Source: Escherichia coli
GTDB taxonomy: Bacteria > Pseudomonadota > Gammaproteobacteria > Enterobacterales > Enterobacteriaceae
Direction: 5' to 3' (one strand)
Length of the DNA stretch: 64,000 nucleotides
NCBI RefSeq assembly: GCF_041248615.1
Contig: NZ_CP158426.1
The notes beneath the pieces were generated by a model. That model searched no databases. It was given only the letters and a program-made list of their open reading frames with translations, and was not told the DNA's origin. This document shows, in pieces, positions 40,008-54,831 of the stretch. Made by a program: the position numbers and the translations under genes. Numbering within the stretch: the first letter of the stretch is position 1; each line of letters opens with the position of its first letter.

Positions 40008-40769
40008 ATGATTTTAAGTGCATTTTCTCTCGAAGGTAAAGTTGCGGTCGTCACTGGTTGTGATACTGGACTGGGTCAGGGGATGGCGTTGGGGCTGGCG
40101 CAAGCGGGCTGTGACATTGTTGGCATTAACATCGTTGAACCGACTGAAACCATCGAGCAGGTCACAGCGCTGGGGCGTCGTTTTTTAAGCCTGACCGCCG
40201 ATCTGCGAAAGATTGATGGTATTCCAGCACTGCTGGATCGCGCGGTAGCGGAGTTTGGTCATATTGATATCCTGGTGAATAACGCCGGATTGATTCGCCG
40301 CGAAGATGCTCTCGAGTTCAGCGAAAAGGACTGGGACGATGTCATGAACCTGAATATCAAGAGCGTATTCTTCATGTCTCAGGCAGCGGCGAAACACTTT
40401 ATCGCGCAAGGCAATGGCGGCAAGATTATCAATATCGCGTCAATGCTCTCCTTCCAGGGCGGGATCCGTGTGCCTTCTTATACCGCATCAAAAAGCGGCG
40501 TGATGGGTGTGACGCGATTGATGGCGAACGAATGGGCTAAACACAACATTAATGTTAATGCGATAGCCCCGGGTTACATGGCGACCAACAATACTCAACA
40601 ACTACGGGCAGATGAACAACGTAGCGCGGAAATTCTCGACCGCATTCCAGCTGGTCGTTGGGGACTGCCGAGTGACCTGATGGGGCCGATAGTGTTCCTT
40701 GCCTCCAGCGCTTCAGATTATGTGAATGGTTATACCATTGCCGTGGATGGCGGTTGGCTGGCGCGTTAA
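40008..40769 (+). CDS. kduD: 2-dehydro-3-deoxy-D-gluconate 5-dehydrogenase (SDR family)
   Basis: 253-aa ORF; SDR cofactor motif TGCDTGLGQG and catalytic YTASK. Confidence 0.9.
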   Translation: MILSAFSLEGKVAVVTGCDTGLGQGMALGLAQAGCDIVGINIVEPTETIEQVTALGRRFLSLTADLRKIDGIPALLDRAVAEFGHIDILVNNAGLIRREDALEFSEKDWDDVMNLNIKSVFFMSQAAAKHFIAQGNGGKIINIASMLSFQGGIRVPSYTASKSGVMGVTRLMANEWAKHNINVNAIAPGYMATNNTQQLRADEQRSAEILDRIPAGRWGLPSDLMGPIVFLASSASDYVNGYTIAVDGGWLAR

Positions 40770-41083
40770 TTCATTCTTCTTACTTTTATGACCCTGCCGC
40801 ATGGCAGGGTTTTTTATACCTGTAGATCATCATAATCCATATCATGGTTATGAAATAATCCATATTAATTATCAATTAATGAACTTTATGAATTTTATCT
40901 GCTGTAAAATTAGGTGGTTAATAATAATCTCAATAATTCAACTTAATTTGAAAATTGGAATATCCATCACATAACGACATGTCGCAGCAATTTAATCCAT
41001 ATTTATGCTGTTTCCGACCTGACACCTGCGTGAGTTGTTCACGTATTTTTTCACTATGTCTTACTCTCTGCTGGCAGGAAAAA

Positions 41084-42502
41084 ATGGTTACTATCAATAC
41101 GGAATCTGCTTTAACGCCACGTTCTTTGCGGGATACGCGGCGTATGAATATGTTTGTTTCGGTAGCTGCTGCGGTCGCAGGATTGTTATTTGGTCTTGAT
41201 ATCGGCGTAATCGCCGGAGCGTTGCCGTTCATTACCGATCACTTTGTGCTGACCAGTCGTTTGCAGGAATGGGTGGTTAGTAGCATGATGCTCGGTGCAG
41301 CAATTGGTGCGCTGTTTAATGGTTGGCTGTCGTTCCGCCTGGGGCGTAAATACAGCCTGATGGCGGGGGCCATCCTGTTTGTACTCGGTTCTATAGGGTC
41401 CGCTTTTGCGACCAGCGTAGAGATGTTAATCGCCGCTCGTGTGGTGCTGGGCATTGCTGTCGGGATCGCGTCTTACACCGCTCCTCTGTATCTTTCTGAA
41501 ATGGCAAGTGAAAACGTTCGCGGTAAGATGATCAGTATGTACCAGTTGATGGTCACACTCGGCATCGTGCTGGCGTTTTTATCCGATACAGCGTTCAGTT
41601 ATAGCGGTAACTGGCGCGCAATGTTGGGGGTTCTTGCTTTACCAGCAGTTCTGCTGATTATTCTGGTAGTCTTCCTGCCAAATAGCCCGCGCTGGCTGGC
41701 GGAAAAGGGGCGTCATATTGAGGCGGAAGAAGTATTGCGTATGCTGCGCGATACGTCGGAAAAAGCGCGAGAAGAACTCAACGAAATTCGTGAAAGCCTG
41801 AAGTTAAAACAGGGCGGTTGGGCACTGTTTAAGATCAACCGTAACGTCCGTCGTGCTGTGTTTCTCGGTATGTTGTTGCAGGCGATGCAGCAGTTTACCG
41901 GTATGAACATCATCATGTACTACGCGCCGCGTATCTTCAAAATGGCGGGCTTTACGACCACAGAACAACAGATGATTGCGACTCTGGTCGTAGGGCTGAC
42001 CTTTATGTTCGCCACCTTTATTGCGGTGTTTACGGTAGATAAAGCAGGGCGTAAACCGGCTCTGAAAATTGGTTTCAGCGTGATGGCGTTAGGCACTCTG
42101 GTGCTGGGCTATTGCCTGATGCAGTTTGATAACGGTACGGCTTCCAGTGGCTTGTCCTGGCTCTCTGTTGGCATGACGATGATGTGTATTGCCGGTTATG
42201 CGATGAGCGCCGCGCCAGTGGTGTGGATCCTGTGCTCTGAAATTCAGCCGCTGAAATGCCGCGATTTCGGTATTACCTGTTCGACCACCACGAACTGGGT
42301 GTCGAATATGATTATCGGCGCGACCTTCCTGACACTGCTTGATAGCATTGGCGCTGCCGGTACGTTCTGGCTCTACACTGCGCTGAACATTGCGTTTGTG
42401 GGCATTACTTTCTGGCTCATTCCGGAAACCAAAAATGTCACGCTGGAACATATCGAACGCAAACTGATGGCAGGCGAGAAGTTGAGAAATATCGGCGTCT
42501 GA
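41084..42502 (+). CDS. araE: Arabinose:H+ symporter (MFS sugar porter)
   Basis: ORF track 40955..42502; start set at [15 protein letters not shown] (472 aa); sugar-porter motifs GRKYSLM and PETK. Confidence 0.9.
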
Positions 42503-42508
42503 TTTCAC

Positions 42509-42542
42509 GGGCCGGATGTGCTGTACATCCGGCCCTTTTTTC
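42509..42542 (+). terminator. Rho-independent terminator of araE
   Basis: GGGCCGGATGT-gctg-ACATCCGGCCC stem followed by TTTTTTT. Confidence 0.8.
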
Positions 42543-42630
42543 GTTAATAGAGATTGGGCACTTGGCCGTTGAGGCGTTTGTCTCGTTCCTTATTCAGCCT
42601 TGTTGCGGTAACACACATCAGGAGAGAGGA

Positions 42631-43323
42631 ATGAAAACAATTGGTTTGCTGGGAGGAATGAGCTGGGAATCCACCATTCCTTACTATCGTTTGATAAATG
42701 AAGGCATTAAACAGCGGCTTGGTGGGCTTCACTCTGCGCAAGTGCTGCTACATAGCGTCGATTTTCATGAAATAGAAGAGTGCCAGCGTCGCGGGGAATG
42801 GGATAAAACCGGGGACATTCTGGCTGAGGCGGCGCTTGGCTTACAGCGGGCGGGCGCAGAAGGTATTGTGTTATGTACCAATACGATGCATAAAGTGGCG
42901 GATGCCATTGAGTCACGTTGCACTCTGCCTTTCTTACACATTGCGGATGCCACCGGACGTGCAATTACCGGGGCCGGAATGACTCGTGTGGCGCTGCTGG
43001 GTACGCGTTACACCATGGAACAGGATTTTTATCGCGGGCGGCTGACGGAACAATTTTCCATCAATTGTCTTATTCCTGAAGCGGATGAACGGGCGAAAAT
43101 TAATCAGATTATTTTTGAAGAACTGTGTCTGGGGCAATTTACCGAAGCGTCACGCGCTTATTATGCGCAAGTGATTGCTCGCCTTGCAGAACAGGGCGCA
43201 CAGGGCGTCATTTTTGGCTGCACAGAAATTGGTTTACTGGTGCCAGAAGAGCGCAGTGTTTTGCCTGTGTTTGATACCGCGGCGATCCATGCCGAGGATG
43301 CTGTCGCTTTTATGCTGTCGTAG
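42631..43323 (+). CDS. ygeA: Asp/Glu/hydantoin-type amino acid racemase
   Basis: ORF track 42562..43323; start set at [15 protein letters not shown] (230 aa). Confidence 0.85.
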
Positions 43324-44245
43324 CTGACGACAAAATAGCGTCAAGAGAAGTGACCAGTTTCGGTAACCCCGCTTGTAAATGCCCACTAAACGCCTGAACC
43401 AGCGCTGATGACGGGCGGTGCAGGGGGCGGATCAGGCTGACGGTGAACGGAACCGCAATACTGAACCGCCGCACCACTAAACCGCTTGCCGCATAATCTA
43501 GTGCGGTGAGCGGGTTAACCACCGAAACACCTACCCCCGCCCGTACCATTGCGCAGACTGACGCGGCGCTGTGGGTTTCTACGATCATGCGTCGTTTAAC
43601 CTGATGTTCAGTAAATAGCTGATCCAGCAACTGGCGATAGCTGTCAGTACGGGAAAGGCTGATGTAGTTCTCACCCTGAAAATCATCCGGCGTTAATACC
43701 TTTTTTACCGCCAGCGGATGACCCGGAGGTAACACACACACTTCATCTAAAGAGAGTAATTCGGTACGTTCTGTTCCCGCAGGCGTATGGAGCGTTTCAG
43801 TGAGTCCTAAATCATGACGCTGGGCCGAGAGCCACTCTTCAAGTAGCGGTGATTCCTGGGGCACGATATTTAAGCTGACATCGGGATAACGTGCCAGAAA
43901 GGGTTGCAGGAGCTGCGGTAAAAAAGATTGCGAAAAGACCGGCAGGCAGGCAATAGACAGTTCTCCCTGGCGAAACTCGCGCAGACTTTCTGCGGCGCTG
44001 ACAATGCGATCCAGTCCGTACCAGGATCGTTGCACTTCTTCAAACAGACGCAGTCCTTGCACGGTAGGATGTAATCGCCCACGTACGCGCTCAAACAATT
44101 TCAGCCCGATCACCTTCTCAAAGCGCGCAAGTTCGCGGCTGACGGTTGGCTGTGAGGTGTGTAGCAGGTGTGCCGCCTCAGTCAGGCTTCCGGCGGTCAT
44201 TACCGCATGAAAAATTTCAATATGACGTAAGTTAACGGCGGCCAT
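43310..44245 (-). CDS. lysR: LysR-type transcriptional activator of lysA
   Basis: 311-aa ORF with N-terminal HTH ([38 protein letters not shown]); divergent from lysA. Confidence 0.9.
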
Positions 44246-44366
44246 TAGCGCTCTCTCGCAATCCGGTAATCCATATCATTTTTGCATAGACTCGACATAA
44301 ATCGATATTTTTTATTCTTTTTATGATGTGGCGTAATCATAAAAAAGCACTTATCTGGAGTTTGTT

Positions 44367-45629
44367 ATGCCACATTCACTGTTCAGCACCGATACCGATC
44401 TCACCGCCGAAAATCTGCTGCGTTTGCCCGCTGAATTTGGCTGCCCGGTGTGGGTCTACGATGCGCAAATTATTCGTCGGCAGATTGCAGCGCTGAAACA
44501 GTTTGATGTGGTGCGCTTTGCACAGAAAGCCTGTTCCAATATTCATATTTTGCGCTTAATGCGTGAGCAGGGCGTGAAAGTGGATTCCGTCTCGTTAGGC
44601 GAAATAGAGCGTGCGTTGGCGGCGGGTTACAATCCGCAAACGCACCCCGATGATATTGTTTTTACGGCAGATGTTATCGATCAGGCGACGCTTGAACGCG
44701 TCAGTGAATTGCAAATTCCGGTGAATGCGGGTTCTGTTGATATGCTCGACCAACTGGGCCAGGTTTCGCCAGGGCATCGGGTATGGCTGCGCGTTAATCC
44801 GGGGTTTGGTCACGGACATAGCCAAAAAACCAATACCGGTGGCGAAAACAGCAAGCACGGTATCTGGTACACCGATCTGCCCGCCGCACTGGACGTGATA
44901 CAACGTCATCATCTGCAGCTGGTCGGCATTCACATGCACATTGGTTCTGGCGTTGATTATGCCCATCTGGAACAGGTGTGTGGTGCTATGGTGCGTCAGG
45001 TCATCGAATTCGGTCAGGATTTACAGGCTATTTCTGCGGGCGGTGGGCTTTCTGTTCCTTATCAACAGGGTGAAGAGGCGGTTGATACCGAACATTATTA
45101 TGGTCTGTGGAATGCCGCGCGTGAGCAAATCGCCCGCCATTTGGGCCACCCTGTGAAACTGGAAATTGAACCGGGTCGCTTCCTGGTAGCGCAGTCTGGC
45201 GTATTAATTACTCAGGTGCGGAGCGTCAAACAAATGGGGAGCCGCCACTTTGTGCTGGTTGATGCCGGGTTCAACGATCTGATGCGCCCGGCAATGTACG
45301 GTAGTTACCACCATATCAGTGCCCTGGCAGCTGATGGTCGTTCTCTGGAACACGCGCCAACGGTGGAAACCGTCGTCGCCGGACCGTTATGTGAATCGGG
45401 CGATGTCTTTACCCAGCAGGAAGGGGGAAATGTTGAAACCCGCGCCTTGCCGGAAGTGAAGGCAGGTGATTATCTGGTACTGCATGATACAGGGGCATAT
45501 GGCGCATCAATGTCATCCAACTACAATAGCCGTCCGCTGTTACCAGAAGTTCTGTTTGATAATGGTCAGGCGCGGTTGATTCGCCGTCGCCAGACCATTG
45601 AAGAATTACTGGCGCTGGAATTGCTTTAA
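44367..45629 (+). CDS. lysA: Diaminopimelate decarboxylase
   Basis: 420-aa ORF, PLP-dependent decarboxylase. Confidence 0.9.
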   Translation: MPHSLFSTDTDLTAENLLRLPAEFGCPVWVYDAQIIRRQIAALKQFDVVRFAQKACSNIHILRLMREQGVKVDSVSLGEIERALAAGYNPQTHPDDIVFTADVIDQATLERVSELQIPVNAGSVDMLDQLGQVSPGHRVWLRVNPGFGHGHSQKTNTGGENSKHGIWYTDLPAALDVIQRHHLQLVGIHMHIGSGVDYAHLEQVCGAMVRQVIEFGQDLQAISAGGGLSVPYQQGEEAVDTEHYYGLWNAAREQIARHLGHPVKLEIEPGRFLVAQSGVLITQVRSVKQMGSRHFVLVDAGFNDLMRPAMYGSYHHISALAADGRSLEHAPTVETVVAGPLCESGDVFTQQEGGNVETRALPEVKAGDYLVLHDTGAYGASMSSNYNSRPLLPEVLFDNGQARLIRRRQTIEELLALELL

Positions 45630-45635
45630 CTGCGG

Positions 45636-46667
45636 TTAGTCGCTGGTTGCATGATGACTTGCCTCCAGCGACGGAGTTGACACTGAATGACGACGTACCA
45701 GCGTCGGACTAAAGACATTAGTGATTTCCGGGAGAGGGCGATTATCCGCCAGCGCCAAAGCCAGTTCGGCAGCCTGGGTCGCCATCGTCACGATTGGGTA
45801 ACGCACGGTGGTCAGGCGCGGACGCACATAGCGTGATACCAGCACATCATCAAAGCCAATTAACGAAATCTCACCCGGTACATCAATACCATTATCATTG
45901 AGAACGCCCATCGCACCCGCCGCCATTGAATCGTTATAACAGGCTACCGCAGTGAAATTTCTTCCTCGTCCCAAAAGCTCGGTCATTGCCTGTTCGCCGC
46001 CGCTTTCGTCTGGTTCGCCAAATGTCACCAGCCGGTCATTGGCCGCAATACCACTTTCAGCAAGGGCATCGTAATACCCTTGCAGACGATCTTCGGCGTC
46101 AGAAATAGAGTGGTTAGAGCACAGATAACCAATGCGGGTATGACCTTGCTGAATTAAATGACGCGTTGCCAGCCAGGCACCGTAACGATCGTCCAGAGCA
46201 ATACAACGGTTTTCAAAGCCAGGCAGGATACGGTTGATCAGCACCATACCGGGCATTTGTTTCATTAATGAGGCTAAATCAGCATCCGGGATCATTTTGG
46301 CATGGACGACCAACGCAGCACAGCGATGGCGGATCAGTTGCTCAATGGCCTGACGCTCTTTTTGTTCGTTGTGGTAACCGTTGCCAATCAATAAAAAATT
46401 ACCGGTGTGATAAGCCACCTGTTCGACCGCTTTCACCATTGCACCGAAAAACGGATCGGAAACATCACCAACGACCAGACCGACCGTTTCAGTGGTCTGC
46501 TGCGCCAGCGCACGGGCGTTGGCGTTCGGGTGATAGCTAAGAGACTCCATTGCACTATGCACAGCCAGCCGGGAAGCTTCGCTGGCTTTGGGTGAATTAT
46601 TAATGACGCGGGAAACGGTGGCGACTGAAACGCCTGCCAGTCGGGCTACATCCTTTATGGTCGCCAT
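45636..46667 (-). CDS. galR: Galactose operon repressor (LacI family)
   Basis: 343-aa ORF; N-terminal HTH MATIKDVARLAGVSVATVSRVIN. Confidence 0.9.
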   Translation of the reverse strand: MATIKDVARLAGVSVATVSRVINNSPKASEASRLAVHSAMESLSYHPNANARALAQQTTETVGLVVGDVSDPFFGAMVKAVEQVAYHTGNFLLIGNGYHNEQKERQAIEQLIRHRCAALVVHAKMIPDADLASLMKQMPGMVLINRILPGFENRCIALDDRYGAWLATRHLIQQGHTRIGYLCSNHSISDAEDRLQGYYDALAESGIAANDRLVTFGEPDESGGEQAMTELLGRGRNFTAVACYNDSMAAGAMGVLNDNGIDVPGEISLIGFDDVLVSRYVRPRLTTVRYPIVTMATQAAELALALADNRPLPEITNVFSPTLVRRHSVSTPSLEASHHATSD

Positions 46668-46880
46668 GAAAATACCTTAGTGGGTAAACGCTTACATTCT
46701 TTCAGTGTTACGGAAAACGCCCGTTGGTTCAAGGGGTGGCGTGTTTTCATCGTGGGAATGTGAGCCAAACGCAAATAAGTAAGACAAAAAAAGAGATTGC
46801 AAACCTTTGGTTACACTTTGCGAAACGCTGTTGCGATTGACCGCTGGTGGCGTTTGGCTTCAGGTTGCTAAAGTGGTGAT

Positions 46881-46962
46881 CCCAGAGGTATTGATAGGTG
46901 AAGTCAACTTCGGGTTGAGCACATGAATTACACCAGCCTGCGCAGATGCGCAGGTTTTTTTT
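46881..46962 (+). ncRNA. omrB: OmrB small regulatory RNA
   Basis: CCCAGAGGTATTGATAGGTGAAGTCAACTTCGGGTTGAGCACATGAATTACACCAGCCTGCGCAGATGCGCAGG + T8; conserved 5' seed and terminator hairpin. Confidence 0.9.
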
Positions 46963-47076
46963 GCCGGTCATCAATCTGTAACAGTAACCGACAATTTACA
47001 CACCTCGTTGCATTTCCCTTCATTCCTTTGCGTTTTCTCGCTGGCGAAGAGTCGTCGTGCAGACCACAATCAAGAT

Positions 47077-47164
47077 CCCAGAGGTATTGATTGGTGAGAT
47101 TATTCGGTACGCTCTTCGTACCCTGTCTCTTGCACCAACCTGCGCGGATGCGCAGGTTTTTTTT
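47077..47164 (+). ncRNA. omrA: OmrA small regulatory RNA
   Basis: CCCAGAGGTATTGATTGGTGAGATTATTCGGTACGCTCTTCGTACCCTGTCTCTTGCACCAACCTGCGCGGATGCGCAGG + T-run; shares 5' and 3' ends with OmrB. Confidence 0.9.
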
Positions 47165-47230
47165 CGCACCTAATTTACTGTCGCTCGCGTTCTTTATCTC
47201 GTGTAATCTCCCTCCATTCGCTTTTACTGA

Positions 47231-50597
<3,367 letters not shown>

Positions 50598-50602
50598 TAT
50601 TT

Positions 50603-50624
50603 AACGCCGGTTTTAACCGGCGTT
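50603..50624. terminator. Hairpin between convergent lplT and tas
   Basis: AACGCCGG-ttttaa-CCGGCGTT perfect 8-bp stem. Confidence 0.5.
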
Positions 50625-50628
50625 AATC

Positions 50629-51669
50629 TTATGGTGCCGGATAAGTATAAACCTGATGCACCGCTTCAATTTCAGCTAATACGTCTTCGCTTAACTCCAG
50701 ATGCAAACTTTCGATGTTAGTTTTCAGCTGATCCATCGTGGTTGCGCCCAGCAGAGTGCTGGCAACAAACGGTTGACGGCGTACAAACGCGAGCGCCATC
50801 TGAGCAGGGTCCAGGCCATGACGTCTGGCGATATCAACATACGCCGCGACGGCTTTTTGCGTTTGCTCACCGCTATAGCGGGTGAACCGACTAAAGAGCG
50901 TATTACGTGCGCCAGCGGGTTTTGCACCATTGAGATATTTCCCGGTCAGCGTGCCGAAACCCAGGCACGAATAGGCCAGCAGTTCGACCCCTTCATACTG
51001 GCTGACTTCTGCCAGACCTACTTCAAAACTGCGGTTTAACAGACTGTAAGGGTTCTGAATGGTGACAATACGCGGCAGATCGTGTTTGTCCGCCAGATGC
51101 AGGTAGCGCATTACGCCAAATGCAGTTTCGTTCGACACGCCGATATAACGAATTTTTCCCGCGCGTTGGTACTCTGCCAGTGCGTCCAGCGTATCCAGCA
51201 GCGAAACCGCAGGCGCAGAATCCGTCCAGCTATAACCGAGTTTGCCGAAGCAGTTGGTCGGGCGCTGCGGCCAGTGCACCTGATAAAGATCGAGGTAATC
51301 AGTCTGTAGGCGCTTGAGGCTGTCATGCAGCGCTTCGCGGATATTCTTCCGATCCAGCGCCTGATCCGGGCGGATGCCCTTGTCATTATTGCGCGACGGT
51401 CCGCTCACTTTGGAGGCGATAATTAACTTTTCGCGGCTGCCATGTTTCGCCAGCCAGTTGCCGACGTAGGTTTCGGTTAACCCTTGCGTTTCGGGGCGCG
51501 GAGGTACTGGGTACATTTCGGCAACGTCGATAAGGTTAATGCCCTGAGCGACGGCATAGTCGAGTTGTGCGTGGGCGTCGGCTTCGCTGTTCTGTTCACC
51601 AAACGTCATCGTGCCAAGCCCCAGCGTGCTGACTTCCAGCGAACTGTGGGGTATACGGTGATATTGCAT
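50629..51669 (-). CDS. tas: Aldo-keto reductase
   Basis: 346-aa ORF. Confidence 0.9.
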   Translation of the reverse strand: MQYHRIPHSSLEVSTLGLGTMTFGEQNSEADAHAQLDYAVAQGINLIDVAEMYPVPPRPETQGLTETYVGNWLAKHGSREKLIIASKVSGPSRNNDKGIRPDQALDRKNIREALHDSLKRLQTDYLDLYQVHWPQRPTNCFGKLGYSWTDSAPAVSLLDTLDALAEYQRAGKIRYIGVSNETAFGVMRYLHLADKHDLPRIVTIQNPYSLLNRSFEVGLAEVSQYEGVELLAYSCLGFGTLTGKYLNGAKPAGARNTLFSRFTRYSGEQTQKAVAAYVDIARRHGLDPAQMALAFVRRQPFVASTLLGATTMDQLKTNIESLHLELSEDVLAEIEAVHQVYTYPAP

Positions 51670-51776
51670 AGCCGTTTCCTTTTTATAATCACGACATAAG
51701 GAATATAAAAATGGCAGAGGGAAGGGAAAAGGGAAAGAGAAAAATCTTAAGGCCAGCCGGATGCTGACCTTATTTG

Positions 51777-51995
51777 TTAACGTTCAATAATTTGCGAAAC
51801 ATCATCACGGTTAATTTGCATCGCGTTACCTTGCTGATCGTGATAACTCACCAGCCCGGTATCATCATCAATTTCAGGTTTTCCATCGGTCAAAATCATA
51901 CGGCCATCTTTGGTCGCCATGACGTAATCACTGGAACACCCGGAAACAGCAAACGCCAGTCCGACTGCAGAAATTATTACTGCCCATTTTTTCAT
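51777..51995 (-). CDS. ygdR: Small lipoprotein (YgdI/YgdR family)
   Basis: 72 aa; lipobox VSGC. Confidence 0.85.
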
Positions 51996-52132
51996 CCGGT
52001 TATCCTCATTTGGCCTACCTATGATAATAGTCTGTTTATAAACCGACGTTATATATCTTGAAAGCAGGAAAATCTTAAACTGTGAGGGTAAAAGGAGTGA
52101 GTACGCCCTCCCGCAGGAGAGCGTACGGAGTA

Positions 52133-52846
52133 TCAGAGCGGATTCTTTTTGTTGCGAATCAAGTTGAGGCTTTCAACCGCAATAGAGAAGAACATCGCGA
52201 AGTAGATGTAACCTTTCGGTACGTGGATGTCGAAACTTTCCAGAATCAGGGTAAAGCCCACCAGAATCAGGAAAGAGAGCGCCAGCATTTTTACCGAAGG
52301 ATGGCGTTCGACAAAATCACCAATCGAGCGCGCGGCGAACATCATCACGCCTACGGCAATCACCACGGCTGCCATCATAATAAACAGGTGATCTGACAGA
52401 CCCACAGCCGTAATCACCGAGTCGAGGCTAAAGATAATATCCAGCAGCATAATCTGCACGATAGCGCCGAGGAATGATGAAACGCGTGTTTTCAGCCCTT
52501 CTTCTTCACCTTCAATGGATTCGTGGATTTCCTTGCTGGCTTTCCAGATAAGGAACAAGCCACCCAGAAGCAGAATCAAATCACGGGCAGAAATTTCCTG
52601 ACTGAATATTGTAAAAAGCGGATTTGTCAGGCGCGTAACCCAGGCGATTGATGCCAGCAGCGCCAGACGCATAACCATGGCTCCCGCCAACCCCAGACGG
52701 CGCGCATGAGCACGTTGTGCTGTGGGAAGCTTTGCCACCACCAGAGAAAGGAAAATAATATTGTCGATCCCAAGAACGATCTCCAGCAGCGTCAGCGTAC
52801 CGAGCGCAAGCCAGGCGTTAGGATCGGTTATCCATGCAAATAACAT
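52133..52846 (-). CDS. ygdQ: TerC/UPF0053-family inner membrane protein
   Basis: 237-aa polytopic membrane ORF. Confidence 0.85.
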
Positions 52847-52914
52847 CTAAAAAGCCCTGCCAAAAAAATGAAGCGGTAATTATATGCCCGGAAAGCGGCA
52901 GGTCAAAGCGATGG

Positions 52915-53604
52915 CTACTGGATCAGAAAATGACGGGCCAGTAGTGCACTGGTGAAATTCTTCTTCAAATAAAAGCCGCGTGGCAGCGTCAGAATCCGTT
53001 CGCCCCGGGCACCAATGGCTTCGGTAAGCGCTTTCGCATTCGCTGCTTTCGGTCGTATCTGTAAATACTCCCCGTGACGAGCGGTAATCCGCTCAACCTG
53101 ACCGAGAACAATCATATCCATTAATTCTTCCCAGTCTTCGCGTAGCTGCCGGTCTTCCTCTTCATTCGGGCTCCACAGCAACGGTGATCCAACGCGACGC
53201 TGCGCCAGCGGGATGCTGCGCTCGCCTTCAACCGGTATCCACAGTACGCGTTTGAGTTTGTGGCGCACGTGGCTGGTTTCCCAGGTCACCCCGCTATTGC
53301 CCGTTAACGGGGCAACACAAACGAATGTTGTTTCCAGCGGACGACCAAGACTATCCACAGGGATAGTTTTAAGTTCCACGCCCAGAGCAGCAAAATCTTG
53401 CTCAGGTTTACTCCCTGCGCTGGCACCTAGCCAGATCTCCAGTAACACGCCAATCCAGCCTTTATCGCGTTTTAAATTCTCTGGCGTAACCAGCCCGACA
53501 AGTGCCGCCAGTTCTCCCAATGTATAACCAGAAAGTTGCTGTGCTTGCGCTAACAACTGTTCTTCAGTTTCGGGAGGAGAGAGCAGTGGGCGAGGTTGGG
53601 ACAT
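52915..53604 (-). CDS. mutH: DNA mismatch repair endonuclease MutH
   Basis: 229-aa ORF. Confidence 0.9.
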   Translation of the reverse strand: MSQPRPLLSPPETEEQLLAQAQQLSGYTLGELAALVGLVTPENLKRDKGWIGVLLEIWLGASAGSKPEQDFAALGVELKTIPVDSLGRPLETTFVCVAPLTGNSGVTWETSHVRHKLKRVLWIPVEGERSIPLAQRRVGSPLLWSPNEEEDRQLREDWEELMDMIVLGQVERITARHGEYLQIRPKAANAKALTEAIGARGERILTLPRGFYLKKNFTSALLARHFLIQ

Positions 53605-53779
53605 GTCATGATACCTTGATTAAAAAACAAACAGCAATTATGTGCCGAATATTCGCAGTGTAACTTTTTCCACATGCGTTGTTCAATTCTCTGATTTATA
53701 TTGCTTTTTAGGTTGCCGGTAATCGAGTTGCGCAACACTGCAACGGGTTTTCCAAATCTGGTCACTGAAAATAAACAGG

Positions 53780-54135
53780 ATCTTACACCATGTTATCCAC
53801 AGAAAGCTGGGATAACTGTGAAAAACCTCCACTACTGTTTCCATTTACAGCCTTGACGTGCGACGAAACTCCAGTTTTTAGTGGTTCAGTGCTTAACTTA
53901 GTGGCACATTCTGTGGATAAATACGGCATTGGTTGATCTTTCGCCAACCCGTAAATGAGAGGTGTGACCTGGGTCACGAATTACTCTTTTTCATTACTAA
54001 AATTACATGTAATGCATTGACTGATAATGAATATTTTAAAATGTCTATATCGGGCTTATTCAGAATGCTCCGGGTTTTCCCGTAGTAATTCCGTAGTTCT
54101 TCACAACTCTATCCACAGAAAAGGTGAATAAAAAC
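53780..54135. promoter_or_regulatory. DnaA-box cluster in the mutH-rppH intergenic region (DARS2-like DnaA-reactivating sequence)
   Basis: Perfect DnaA boxes TTATCCACA at 53793-53801 and, inverted, at 53912-53920; near-consensus CTATCCACA at 54120-54128; matches the reported DARS2 location. Confidence 0.6.
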
Positions 54136-54288
54136 GGCTATCCACCCCTTCCTCTGTTTATAACTCTGCACATAACTGTGAGTTATTCAATTGTTATTAG
54201 TGTGTAATGCCCTGCAGAGAGTGGTTTACCGTCTTCCTGGAGTATGAAACAATCATTCGTATATAAAGCTTTATTTTGAGGTAGTCCG

Positions 54289-54819
54289 GTGATTGATGAC
54301 GATGGCTACCGCCCAAACGTAGGTATCGTGATTTGTAATCGCCAGGGGCAGGTAATGTGGGCCCGGCGATTTGGTCAGCACTCCTGGCAATTTCCGCAAG
54401 GCGGAATCAACCCCGGAGAATCCGCAGAGCAGGCGATGTACCGTGAATTGTTTGAAGAAGTAGGATTAAGCCGCAAAGACGTTCGAATCCTTGCTTCAAC
54501 GCGTAACTGGTTGCGCTACAAATTACCGAAACGTTTGGTGCGTTGGGACACGAAGCCGGTTTGTATCGGCCAAAAACAAAAATGGTTTCTCTTGCAGCTG
54601 GTGAGCGGCGATGCAGAAATCAATATGCAAACCAGCAGTACACCAGAGTTTGACGGCTGGCGATGGGTAAGTTACTGGTATCCGGTCAGACAGGTGGTGT
54701 CATTTAAACGTGATGTCTACCGTAGGGTAATGAAAGAGTTCGCGAGTGTGGTGATGTCACTGCAGGAAAATACGCCAAAACCACAAAACGCATCTGCTTA
54801 TCGACGTAAAAGAGGTTAA
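54289..54819 (+). CDS. rppH: RNA pyrophosphohydrolase (Nudix)
   Basis: 176-aa ORF, GTG start; Nudix box [22 protein letters not shown]. Confidence 0.9.
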
Positions 54820-54831
54820 GTCACGCCAATT

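Noticed and set aside
53550-53977. Two minus-strand ORFs (71 and 64 aa) in the mutH-rppH gap
   Set aside because: They overlap the DnaA-box cluster and have no convincing translation signals; the region is better explained as a DARS2-type non-coding element.
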